NCBI GenBank assembly: GCA_051362555.1
Contig: CM120640.1
Coordinates: 35,111,967-35,175,966, forward strand
Direction: 5' to 3'
Length of the DNA stretch: 64,000 bases
Source: Lingula anatina
Taxonomy: Eukaryota; Animalia; Brachiopoda
Shown here: positions 52,114-64,000 of the stretch, piece by piece
Layout of the letters: each line of letters starts with the position of its first letter
Numbering within the stretch: position 1 is the stretch's first letter
The notes under the pieces: model-generated
Seen by the model: only the letters and a program-made list of their open reading frames with translations
Database searches by the model: none
What the model was told of the DNA's origin: nothing
Program-made: the position numbers and the translations under genes

Positions 52114-55100
52114 CTGAGTACCTTTCCCCAAGGTGAATCCCAGCTAGGTTCCCCTGGTTTGGATGCCTTCCACAAGGCAAAGTCATTGGGGCCCCTCTTC
52201 TCGTCCAGTCTGTCCTGGGAAATACTCAGGTCACCTTGGAGTAAAGAATGTAAAGTCATCAGCCATGAGTCACCCCGAGTTCCAGAAAACTAACTTTTTT
52301 GCTCAGCATGGCTCTGGCATTTTTAATGAGTCACAAGATATTAGTCTCCAGTAAACTGTTAAAACCACTAGTTTGTGTAGTACAACAGTAAAAAATATAG
52401 CAAGTTTTCAAGTACTTTATCCATTCCATAGCACTCAATACTGCAACTCTGTTATAAGAAACTGTACTTTCAGTGGAACACTGTCAAGGGCTATAAAATG
52501 TTTTATTAAAGGGATAACAGCTTTTTTATGAGATTCAAAATTTCACAATAAAGACACTGTAAACAATACAAAGAAATATAATAAATTCCATTTTACCACC
52601 AAAGCAGCGATTATCTTAATTATTCTGAAATCTCTGCTTGCAATTGGACCACGGGAACCTTCACTGATGACTACCCACTGTAATTTTCTCTTAAGAGATT
52701 TTTTTTACAAAAAAAAACATGTTTCAAAAACTATCAATTAACTTTCAATGTCAGAGCAGATTCATTTACTGTTGTTAAGTATGGAAATGGCACTCTTCCC
52801 ACCAAAATGAGTTATTATCCCTTTAAGCACTTAAAAAACCATACAGTCCTTCCTACTAATTCATCAAATTTGCAAAATAGGGTAATAGCTAAAGCTAAAA
52901 GAGGTCCTGTGATCACTGACACAGTAAATGGAATTGTGATATTCTGAGCCTATATGTTAGAGCCTGCAAGCATGTTGTAGCAGTACATATGAGTAATACA
53001 GCATGTGACACAATGTTAATCTTCAAATTTTCCAGATACTGTACCATGTCTAAAAGTCAAAACATACATGTATTTACCATGTCAAAAGTGAATTTAAAAA
53101 ATATAAGTGCATAGGAGGGCACTGGCATATATAAATACATGTACATTGTGAGAAATCATCTGAATATGGCCTACCTTCCCCCTCCTGCAAGGCTTTTGCA
53201 TCCCCATAGGCCTCGGGAACCAGCTTGGCATAGTAGTGACCTTCTGCTTTGCTGAACTTTGATGTATCAAAATATACAGACCCATTGGACTCATAACTGT
53301 AAAACAGATTTTTTATATTATATACACTGTACATATCAACTAGACTTTTGACTAAAACATGTTGAAATATTCTTTTTAAAGAAATTAACTTTAAAAAATC
53401 ATATGATGTTTTAATTGCAAAGAATATCCTTCCACAGTTAAAACAAAAACAGGCCTATCTTGGTAATCACCATGCACATGTAGAAACATCTAAATCCATA
53501 TTGTCTCTAATTTTTACCCAAAGTTAGCAATTTCAGGTACACAATTTCACTGACTCTCATCAGTTTTTTCTTTTATCTATATATCACGTTAATCACTTAA
53601 ATTATACAAATGAAACTTACGCATATCCATTATCTATAACTTTCTGCACAAAGTCAGCTATTTCTGGCACATATTCACTAACTCTTGTCAATACATCTGG
53701 AGGCTCTACCTGCAAATAAGCACAATTATACATTTATAAATTAAGTTACTGTAGTTTTAAAAAAATGGTAAATAAACTGGAAAGTCCATAACAGCACATA
53801 CACAAAATCATTTCAGCAGCTTCTACCCTGCATTATAAATCATTTTGAAATTTGCAAAAGCGAAAGCTCAAAAATGGTACAAAATGCAAAAATAATGTAT
53901 ATGTTCATATTTTTCACTTTTTACTTGTTTATTCATCATTAAATTTCATTAGTAGTTCTGACCATTATGCTTGCACCTTAGGGCAACTGCTCAAAGTATG
54001 TAACTTATTATTCTGTTACAGAAAAGTGACATACTTCTCAAGTGGGATCAGATAAAAACAGCCCAGATTAAAAATAAAAGAACTGATCAAAAAAAAAAAA
54101 AAAATGAAAAGAAGACAGTTAGACCACATTTCTTACCAAATTAAGAAGCAGCAATGGAATCTACAGAAATTGCTTGTAAATTATTTAAAGAGAACCATAC
54201 CTAATAATACCAAGATGCTAAGTGAAACACGCATTGTGGATTTAAAGAAAATATTAAATTAAGGAAAGCGTCCATTGGAAAATGCCTGCCAAAATGCAAG
54301 CACACTATATCGTACTATGTACATAACGGGAACAATAGTTTTTAAAAGATGACGCATCCTTAATTTTTCTAAAGATATATGGATGCCATCCCAAGTTCTT
54401 CATAACCTGCATATAAACCTTGGTCTTGAGATAAGATTTTAGATGTTACATAATCATTATTTATTATAATCTAATAAAATTTTATGGCCTCAAAGCTGAT
54501 GTACCCAAGCATACACAACTGAATTTGTCCTAACTTCTCTGTAAAATAATTAAGTAACAAAAGAAACCAATATAAATAAATATAATACTAAAAGTATCAG
54601 TATATGTACAGTGCATGTGAGTTTTTTTAATTAGATGAAATTAATTTGCATTTGTACACATTTAATTTAACACAGTGGGGGCAATTTATCTATACAGGTT
54701 TCCATATAAACATGAGTTGAAAAAAAATAACTTTCAAAGCAGTTTTCAACGAAAACACGCACCTTAAACCTTCCAGGACTTATGGCAGAGGTGGGAAAAA
54801 TTGCAGTCCTATTAATAGCCAGACTTGACCTGCTTACATTAAGACACTTTATTCTCACTATAGTGGGTCTCAGTTAAGTTCCTGGTCGCAATCTATGTGC
54901 TCACAGGAAGTGTGACAAGAGTAAGGAATGAGTACATGTATGAACCATGCGCGCCATGAACTAAATCTCAAATCCTTCTCATCAGACTGAGTAACATATA
55001 CAGTTATACACAGGTGAGTAAGTGTATGGTACAAGTAAATGTAAGTATAACAGAATACCAGAGGTGACATAATTTTCAATCACTGCATCAAGGTATTATT

Positions 55101-58100
55101 TGCATATTACACAATGTATGTTCAGTAAAATCCTGACTGACCTAAATACCCTATTCTTCTTGCATATACTGGGAACTCGTGCGAAGACATCCTTTATCTG
55201 ACCTACATGCACCTGAAAGTTTTGGCCTTATTGTCAGAACTTACATGTAACAAGCACAGGTAGCTTAATTGTTGTTAAAATGTTCAAACTGTAACCTGAA
55301 CTGAAAAGAGGCCACCATATACATAGATGACTCATGAAAATGCCTGTATGTAGGTGGGAAAATCAAGACAACTAAGCTAGTATAGGGTTAGTGAACCAGA
55401 AAAGTGAAGAATACCGGCTGGTGCACACAGGTAATATAGATCAGGTAAATTAGATGTACAAGTGTACCATGTGCCCTTTAATAAGTTTTACCACATTTGT
55501 ACGTTTTTTAAGATAGCACAGTATAATGCTGTTGGTTATGTCTAGTTAATAACATCATGCTTACATGTACTCAATTGTTCTTGTTGTGGTGACATGAAAT
55601 ACTTTTAATTAAAGTTGTGGTATCATGGAGTGCTAGTAAGACTGCTGATATGACTGATTCATTTTCAAAACATTCCACTTGATTCATTAGCTTCCATATG
55701 GTATTTTATTTGATATTGTTGGCACATACATTTGCCTTTGTTCTGTGTTTAAATTGTTCACTTTGTTATACACCTACAACTTTTACTTTCAGTTTCTGGT
55801 TCATGAATGAGAGAATTACTTTGAATTTTTGACAAAGCAAATTTGTCAATTTAAATATTTTTTCAAAAGATTTTTAAATTGACAGCATGGAAGCAATAGC
55901 TGTCCTTGTGTGGATGCAGAAAGAGCTTTTAGGGTACCACTCCCACCTTAACACTGAAACCTTTTTCCTCACATTCCTAAAATGTGATTTGTGAATTACT
56001 GAATTTCTCTGCAATATTCCTCTACAGGTCTTGACAAGTTTTGGACCATAACAAAACCCATAACAACATCCTCCTTCTTATCCTACCAAATACTATAATA
56101 TAATTATATGTTTAACTATTTACCTATTACTTATTATTATTATTCAATTATTACTATTATTATTAGGCTTAGGTACCCCCCCCCCCCCCCCCCCCCCCAG
56201 CTCCTTGAGTCTTGCAAGTCAGGCAGCTATTAAAATATTTACACTCATACACAAATTGGGGAAAATATTAAACTTCTGTATTTTCTTTACCCAAGGTTCA
56301 AAAGCTAGTTAGTATCCTCATGCACATCCTGCCTGACTCATGATTAATATAATGAAAGATATGCTATGTATATTCCATATTGCAGCAAAAGACCTTCTTC
56401 CGGACTGAGCTGTTCCTTTACTCTGGTATCACAACAGAAATAGGAAACAGTTGTAGTTGGCATTACTGTAAGCATCCCGAGTTGTGATTAATATTATGAA
56501 ATTCAGTTAGAATGCTACTGTTTATTCTATATTGCAGCAGAGGACCTTCAATTAGACAGTTGAACCTTTACTCTGGCATCACAACAAAACTAGGAAACAA
56601 TTGTAGTGGGCATTACTGTAACTGTAAGCATCCTCATGGGCATCCTGCCCGAGTCGTGATTTATATTATGAAATTCAGTTAAAAAGCTACTGTTTATTTT
56701 ATATTGCAGCAGAAAACCTTCATCAAGACAGCTGAACTTCTACACTGTCATCACAATAGCACTCTAGGAAATAATCGTAGTTGCCACGATGGACACAAAT
56801 GGGACTGTCACTGTAAATGTGACGTACACGGTGGAATCTAACTCTACCATCAACCCACCAACCCTGGCACCCCAGTTAAACAATACTACAGTATACCAGA
56901 CCCCAGTACAAAACCAACTGCCAACAGGTGAGTACAGGTATGATAATTACTCAATCTTTTCAATGGGGAAAAATTGTGAATTTTACAGATACTGTGATTT
57001 TTAAATCTTAATTTTTTATATACAGAACACTCTTACTGAGCTGCATCAAGGAGTTCCGACATTTAGAACTCCTTGGTTGTAGCAACAAAATTAAAAAGCA
57101 GGCTACTCAACTATTGTTGTATTCTGTGCAGTAAAGCACCACAAATTCTATATAGAAATATAATTTTTTGTGATTATAAAATTTAGTATTTGAAAGTTTG
57201 CTCATTTTTGCCCTTTGAAAGGATCGAGTAATTATCGTAATATATAGAAATACAGTGCATAATTCACATGTCAAATACCAACTTATTTCAAAAGCCTATT
57301 TTTCATCATTTGTCATTTTGACATACTTCAAAAATATATGATGTAAACCTACAACTGAATATTGAGTCCTAGTGTAAACAGTAGAACCCAGCTCTCTTTA
57401 CAAAACCTAAATTGTTTCCCATGCGAAATATAACTTATTACAAAGATTTATTTAACATAGTGAGTGGTTTTCACAGTACAGTAACTCCAGAGACAAGACC
57501 ACCTGTATGACTAAACTAGGCAGTTTCATTTTGTTTCTCATATCCTCTCCAATATGGGAACAGAAGGGTGCAATGTCTACCACATTGACCTGAACACTAG
57601 ACTTCCTAAATACTTCGCCAGACTATAATCAGAGGTTATTCCTTTTGTTTACCTCAACAAACACCCATCTGTAAGCCTACTAGTACCGATAAAAATGCAC
57701 CACACTTCCCGTGAATAAAAGCTGTATCAACAAAAGTCTGTGGATTTAGACCCTGTTGTTGAATCAAATGAATCACTGGTATTCTACTGATACAATAATA
57801 AATAATCTTTGTGCATAAATAATTTGGTTAAAAAACTTATTTAATATAAGACAATCAATAATACAAATTTCTTAAGCATGGACATAAGGAATATTTTAGC
57901 CTTTGCTATTTCTATTACACAGTACATGCTCATACATTTCAGTTTTTTCTGAGGCAAATTAAGCAAAGACCCAATGCAATGTCAACTCTTTAAAACATAG
58001 TTCCTGTTGTAGATATTGTGATCAGTTCATTTTTGCAATAAAAAATTCGCTCTATCACATTATGGGCTATAAAAGCATTGTGACAAAATTTCTCCACCTA

Positions 58101-61100
58101 ACCACAGTTTCCAATGGCTTATGCATTCTCCTTCTTTTATTAAACCTGTTATTACAAATAAAGGACTTAATAATTTATACTAAATAAATGAATTTATCTT
58201 TTTCTTTCAGAAATTATTATTGCAATAGCTGTAGGAGCTGGTGTGTTTTTTATCCTGGTGATAGCACTACTTGTAATTATCATTTGTCTTCGCAAGAAGA
58301 GAACAAAGTAAGTAAACCACAACTGTATAGAGAAATTAGTTCAAATAAACTTTGGCCAAAAAATATAAAGCAGTTTTTAAAAGACACCTTAAACATAAAG
58401 AAAAGAAAACCTGTTGTGAAGGCAGGGATTCAAATAAACGGTTTAACCATAAGATCTATTAAATAAACTCACCACAATATTCCTGGCTCAAAAGAAAATG
58501 TACTGGTATATCCCACAGTTTAATGTTCACCATTTGTTTTCATCAGAAATTTATCACACATTTAATATACATTATTGGAATTGTACACAGACACAAACAA
58601 CAAGTACTTTGCCAATATAGACATGACATACTCTGATGTGCTAGTCGCATTAAATAAAATAAGAAATACTACTAGGTTTTTAACCTAGGCTGAGATAAAA
58701 GAGGAATAAACACAATATTAACAAATATCATAGAATTTTTCTGATCTGTAAGTCCCGATTATCTACGAGAAATGACGAGCAACATATGTAAGAACCAATT
58801 TACTATTTCAAAAATTTACTTAACAGTTACCTGTTAGAACATCATAAATTTGTTTAGACAATCTTTATTTATTGTCTCAATCAACTGTTGTGGCAATGTC
58901 TTGACCTTTAACCTCAGATGGCATAATATGATGGAAGACCACTGGTAGAGCATTGACATTTTTGAGTTAGAACCCCGGTAGATGAAAAATTAAATAAAAG
59001 CTCTGTGAACCTAAAAAATTTGTTATAGTTAACAATATTAAGATCCTGCAAAGTATATCAATACCTCTTAAATGTATCAACTCTTCTTCACTCAGATCAG
59101 CCAATGTGCCTGCGGATAGTGCAGCGACTTCCACAGCATATAATCTACTGGCACAGAGGGAGGTCCCAGAAAAAAATGAAGAAAATGCTGCCCAAACCAA
59201 GGACCATAGCAAAGGAAATGCATATGAGCATAAAGAAAAATCTGACCAAAGTAAAAAGATTCCACTCAAACCTATTAAAACGAAAGAGAAACCACAAAAA
59301 CCCGCACGTCACTCCCGTACTTCTGGAAGCACAAGTAGCGGCAACGGTCAATCCCTACCACAAGATGAGGCAAAAGAAGAAGAACAGAGTGATTATGTAA
59401 ACGTGATAAGGGACAAAAAGTCGGGTGCTGTGAGACCAAAGACACACCCAAGATCCAAGCTAACAAGTAACTCTTCAGATCCAAACACTCCTTCCGCTGG
59501 ATGGCGCGATTCATCAGGTCATTATGAAGTGCCTAAGAATCCAGTGCCGATAAATGAGCCCCCTGCTGAGTATTTGAGTCTCCTGCCCAATGATGACACC
59601 TATGTCAATGCAGATGTTACTACGGACACGACCCATGACCTGTATACATATGCAGATCATCAGACCCCATCTCCTCACTTAACAAAGAGACAGGAATCAC
59701 AAGATGTCTACGAAAATGCTTAGCGATGGTAGATGTTATTTGTTTTGTCTTTCTTTAAGGTATGGCTTAAGCGTAAGCTAAGAGGAATACGGGTAGTACT
59801 ATGTACTAGCTCGTTTTTCTCCATGAACCAGATCTTTATTGTGCTTTCAATGCTTTTTTTATTGATGCAAAATGTGAATATCAACCTTATTTGTCTTTTA
59901 TTCAAACCACTGCATCCAAACAGCTTTTGAAAGTTTTGCTTTTGAATGATAGTCTGTTCTATTATGTGCTATCAAGTGATCTTTTTTGGTCACAGTGGTA
60001 CTTCAAACAATGCATACGTCAGGCATGTTAGGGCTGACACAAGACTCAATTATTTTGTAACAAATACTACCAACCAACCATGACCAAAAATTCATACAAG
60101 CAAAGTAAACACAAAAACAAAGAATGTAAACATGTCCATAATATAAAACAAATGGGATTTTCCTTATCCAAAAATTGTTTCATTTATAAGCTTTAATAGA
60201 TTTTATAGATGGTAGAATAAAAGTTGTTTATTAATCAAAATATCTTTTGTTTTGTTTAAAAGTATTTCACTACTAGTGACTTAATAAACTTTCATTTTTG
60301 GAAAGTTTTTTTCACTTGGTACATGTACATCATGTTGTTTGTTTTTTTTTCTATTAATATCATCTTCTATAAATTTTCTGTTTTCAGTTTATCCATCTAG
60401 AATAACTTTCATAATTTTAATGTAATAATTCTTGACCAAAATAAACTTACATTCAAGGCATCCATGTCATTAAAGTACTCAGCTTCAAAATGTTTTGGTA
60501 GTGTGGCAAATATTGCATTATCTGTGACTTCTGACCCATGCAGACCATCCAACCAATCAGAGAGGATGTCTTGAGCGTCTGCCAATAAGGTCTGAATAAA
60601 AACAGGAAGAGAATAAACATTTATACCCTGATGACATGACTGACATCTTTGGTTTCTGTTTATATAACCATGTACATACTAAATCATGTCAACCGTTATT
60701 CAATGCCACACCACACTCATTTGTCCATCACAATCTTGTGCAACTTTACTCTAAATCGCAAGCTCAAGACTTACATTAAGGGCTAATGAGGTCAAGATGA
60801 CTTTTCAGTTCAAAATCTTTTGGAAACTATGCCCAGTGGAATGCATGCTGGTTATTACCATTCTGGCTGTATCCAGATGAGACAGGGTGTTTTCAGCATC
60901 ACACTGCTTCCTTGCCTCATCTACATGTGTAAGTGCTGCAGAGATTTTGGCATCCATACGCTCATACATGGCTTTTTTGTCTGGGTCAGTTTCTTTATTC
61001 AGCTTCTCCTTGAAAGGCTGCAAAAATCAATAATAATAATTAGAATTAGAAAATACACTTCACTATCCAAATAAAACCTATGACGACGGAAAGTAAATTG

Positions 61101-63327
61101 TTTCTAAAGACACAAAACATGGTTTTCTTCCTGATCCATGATATTTTAGCAGTTCATCAAAGGGCCTTGATCACAAGCCTGAATTTTAGACATGAGCTCT
61201 ACTTTTTATCATCATCACACAATAGACAATGAAACATTCACTATAAAACAGGGAACATGTGACAATTAATACTTCATCAGCTGCATAACCAAACAGTGTC
61301 AATAATCTGGTCATTGTCGGCAGGTGAATTCCTTCTTAAGGAGACATTTATTTCATAGTATTACACATTCAGTTTTGTGTGTTGTTTTGACCAAATAAAA
61401 AAGTAAAAAAAAGTTCAAATCTCCAACTATGTTTTTCAAAATATATATTGGCCTAATGCAACCATGTTGTATGTATGAGTGGGGCCAGCATCACAAAAAG
61501 CACAACACATGGGACAATTGCTACGTCACCTCGTTTCTTAACAAAATCTTACAGATCAATTCTTATCTGCTGGAGGTGAGACTACTGAAAATTCCACTAC
61601 ACAGAAAAGCTCAAAACTTTTTAAAACAGGATAGGTTTTTTTTATTGGTCAAAGACAGTTAATTCAAAATGGTGTTTTTTCAATTTGTTGCTGCTTCCTT
61701 GGCCCTACCAAACACATGTATTACATGTATTTATTGATCATGACAAGTAGGGTCGACAGTTTCAGCGTGTCTGTTATATACTAGTATGTTGAAATTATGT
61801 CCAAGGAGAATACTATATTATTTAGTACCTTCATAGCTTCCTCCAAGTCAACTAGGACTTTGTCCAAGGGATGATGTGCAGCCAGGTACTGCTCCATAAG
61901 GTGATTCTGACGAGCTCTCTTGATGATCTGTTTAATATGTAAAAGACTGGATTATATACACTGATATACACATGTACAGTACCAGACTGTATAATATATG
62001 CATATCAGACTGTACATATATATTAAATGGATTACAAACAGGGACATAAATGAAAAGATACATAACATCCAACTTGCAAACTATAACTGAAAGTAGAGAT
62101 TGATTTTGTACGATTGTACAATGTAAAGACTGTCAGGTGAAGAACTGACAACTATTTTAAACTCATTTTTTTCAAGTGCGATGACACATGGGTAAAACAG
62201 TAACTGTACCTATTCGGTAATGTGCAAATTCTTAAAAAAAGTGATAAAATATTAATTTTTATCTTCCTTGCCTTATCATCAATATCTGTGATATTCATGC
62301 AGTAAAAGACATCATAATTGAAATAGTCCTTGATAACTCTCCTCATGATGTCAAATGAAATATAGGACCTAGGAGAGAGAAAAAACATTGCCAAATTTCG
62401 AATTATTGCATGAAGTCAATGTAAGACTGACACCAACATTATTAATCCAAGATAAAAAAAGAAATAAGTTTTATAAATGCAGATGTATTCAAGACGACAT
62501 GATTTATTTCATCATTTGAATAACAAATAAATGCAGACTGCTCCTTCCAATTCAACATTTCACTTGTAAAAAGAAAGAAATTCACTTTTGCAGTGATTTA
62601 TAAAATGCTGTTGCAAATAAGGAAAGATATAACAATATTCTGCCAAAGAATGTTAATAAAATGGGGAAACGGTGTTTTAAGCTATGTGTATCTTTAATCA
62701 AGGTTTTTAAATCTTTAACTGATTTAACATATAGTTTGAATAAATTGTATGTCCAGTAACAGATTTTAAAAACTTGAGATGTGTAAAATATGACTGGAAA
62801 ACTGATCTACATGATAAATTGCATAGCTTGTTGCATCCAAAACTTTATTAGTTTGCAATTTCAGATTTAAATTGATATTTTACCTTGCGTGCCCCATATG
62901 CGAGGCATCATACACGGTGGGACCACAGCTGTACCATGTGACCTGGCTGCCATTCTGAGGCACAAATAATTCCTGCCATAGAAATTAGAATCAACTGAAA
63001 TATCTTTAAATTTATGGTCTTAAAATAAACCAAGAAACAATTTAACACACATAAATATTTCACTTAACATTGTTATTCATGATCACTCCAATACTAGACT
63101 TTTTGTGCCTCAGTAAAGTTCTTATCTAAAGCTTTTAATTTCTATTTTAACAGGTGGGCTACACTTTGATAACTCAAAGTAAAAATAAACACCATAACAC
63201 CATGATAAATATAACAAGGGATTCTTTCTACCTACCTTTTGCCTGGTAAGACTGTTATATAACTTCAGCTGAGCAACTCCAGTAGCAGCTGGAGGACTCC
63301 ACTTTGGCTGGACTCTTTTTGTTTTTC
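43868..63327 (-). CDS. CARS1: Cysteine--tRNA ligase, cytoplasmic (5' end outside the window)
   Basis: Approximate exons: 63327-63237, 62972-62884, 62367-62272, 61927-61829, 61018-60859, 60591-60451, 53709-53621, 53295-53176, 52238-52122, 51792-51665, 51377-51144, 50772-50672, 49967-49820, 49340-49275, 48662-48582, 47801-47734, 47252-47110, 44035-43868. Motifs [27 protein letters not shown] (HIGH motif), [53 protein letters not shown]. Confidence 0.98.
44044..46685. mobile_element. Non-autonomous Helentron-like element filling most of the last CARS1 intron
   Basis: Begins ACTAGAG with a GAGGCG-ATAC-CGCCTC hairpin and carries a 146-bp tandem array. (GGAGCCGCA)3 microsatellite at ~46587-46620 and terminal hairpin GTACCGCCAGCG-CCTA-CGCTGGTGGTAC. 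Confidence 0.8.
44240..45680. repeat. Tandem array of about 10 x 146-bp units
   Basis: The AGGTCAAAGGTCA anchor (preceding base) falls at 44261, 44405, 44551, 44697, 44843, 44989, 45135, 45281, 45427 and 45573. Internal copies are near-identical. Confidence 0.97.
47372..47630. repeat. Two compound (GT)n(GA)n microsatellites
   Basis: Read directly at about 47372-47436 and 47551-47630. Confidence 0.95.
52506..52826. mobile_element. TTAA-flanked non-autonomous element (Kolobok-like), copy 2
   Basis: TTAA|AGGGATAACAGCT...AGTTATTATCCCT|TTAA. Confidence 0.75.
54903..55013 (+). promoter_or_regulatory. Candidate promoter/first non-coding exon of the nested gene
   Basis: ETS consensus ACAGGAAGTG at 54903-54912, followed by a strong donor CAG|GTGAGT at 55013. 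A second donor CAG|GTAATA lies at 55430. Confidence 0.35.
56320..56800 (+). repeat. Three diverged ~150-170-bp tandem copies of the splice acceptor/5' UTR of the nested gene
   Basis: TATTGCAGCA..(G/A)ACCTTC...TCACAA...TAGGAAA...GTAGT recurs at ~56378, 56530 and 56702. Confidence 0.85.
56789..59723 (+). CDS. Nested antisense gene: 287-aa type III single-pass membrane protein with tyrosine-motif-rich disordered tail (LAT/NTAL-like transmembrane adaptor architecture)
   Basis: Kozak context GCCACGATGG. Exons 56789-56927, 58211-58307 and 59096-59723 join in frame (864 nt including stop) with GTGAGT/GTAAGT donors and CAG acceptors. Ectodomain has N-glycan sequons; [27 protein letters not shown] is followed by LRKKRTK. 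Tail carries YVNV, YEVP, YLSL, YVNA and YENA. AATAAA at ~60217 and 60283. Confidence 0.88.
61928..62271 (-). other. Non-canonical GC-AG intron in CARS1
   Basis: The conserved DIDDK|IIKRAR junction requires donor AAG|GCAAGG at 62271 and acceptor AAACAG|ATC at 61928. Confidence 0.85.
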
Positions 63328-64000
63328 CTAAAAGCAAAATCAATGCATTATACAATGGACTGTATCAGCCATATATTCTTCCTTATCTTAGCTAAATTGG
63401 CAATACATTTCAACTTCCAATCTGTGCCAAAAACGTTTTTTGATTCCATGTAAATGTACTAGCCCTTTGGGCACTCAAGGTCTAAAAGTGAGCTACAGGT
63501 AGTGAGATGTAAAATTTCAAGTTTTTTTTTTAACTAGTCCATTGTCTCTTTACACTTTCAATTGCCTCTGGCTAATGTTTAATGAACAGAGTGAACTTAC
63601 ACTTGTTTTCCAAATTGAAATAACAACCAGGGGAAATTAAACAGATTAAAGTCTGTCAATTGTAACTTTTAGAAAAAGATGAACTAGTACAGGTTTTTGG
63701 GAGCCTAAAATGGAAAACTGTTTGCTGCATAAGGCTTTATCAATATGATGGCATTTCAAACCAATTTCTAATCAACAACCTACTCAATAAGCCATTATCA
63801 ACTGGATACTTTATTTATAAGCTGAAAGATTTATTTGGATAAATGAACAAACAGAAAAATGTTTTGGACAGAAAACTTTGTCACCATAGCCGGAAAATAT
63901 TACTGGTTGACTGGAGATGACCTGTATCAAACAGGTGTTATTTTTCAGTGCCTGAAGCTCCGTCTTTGAAATGTGTTTGAGTATAAGGCATGACCATGCA

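Noticed and set aside
55888-55935. Upstream ATG exon ([15 protein letters not shown]) as a signal peptide for the nested gene
   Set aside because: Poor donor site, a hydrophobic stretch too short for a signal peptide, and a stop (TAG) in frame shortly upstream of the Kozak ATG at 56789.
58967-59514. Overlapping minus-strand and alternative-frame ORFs over the adaptor's last exon
   Set aside because: These are shadow ORFs of the real + strand exon and have no splice support.

Overview
AT-rich, intron-rich eukaryotic DNA from an invertebrate animal. A mollusc or other lophotrochozoan is my inference from the gene and repeat content. Genes assembled by eye from GT/AG boundaries and frame continuity: (1) a secreted CBM + GH10 endo-xylanase on -, running off the window start; (2) a single-pass receptor on + (EGF-like, 2 F-type lectin, EGF-like, 3 FN3, TM) whose short tail carries ITAM-like and ITIM-like motifs; (3) an orphan coiled-coil protein; (4) PPWD1; (5) cytoplasmic cysteinyl-tRNA synthetase CARS1 on -, with its 5' end outside the window; (6) nested antisense in a large CARS1 intron, a 287-aa type III membrane protein with a disordered, tyrosine-motif-rich tail resembling LAT/NTAL-type transmembrane adaptors. 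Introns and intergenic DNA hold many non-autonomous elements: Helentron-like elements with 146/159/~340-bp tandem arrays, an Academ-like long-TIR element carrying a decayed L1/Tx1 fragment, TTAA MITEs, foldback MITEs, a Deu/Nin-type SINE fragment and tRNA-like relics. The best candidate for an undescribed system is an invertebrate immunoreceptor-style phosphotyrosine module: the lectin ITAM/ITIM receptor plus the hidden LAT-like adaptor. Exon coordinates are manual and may be off by a few bases. No database searches were run.
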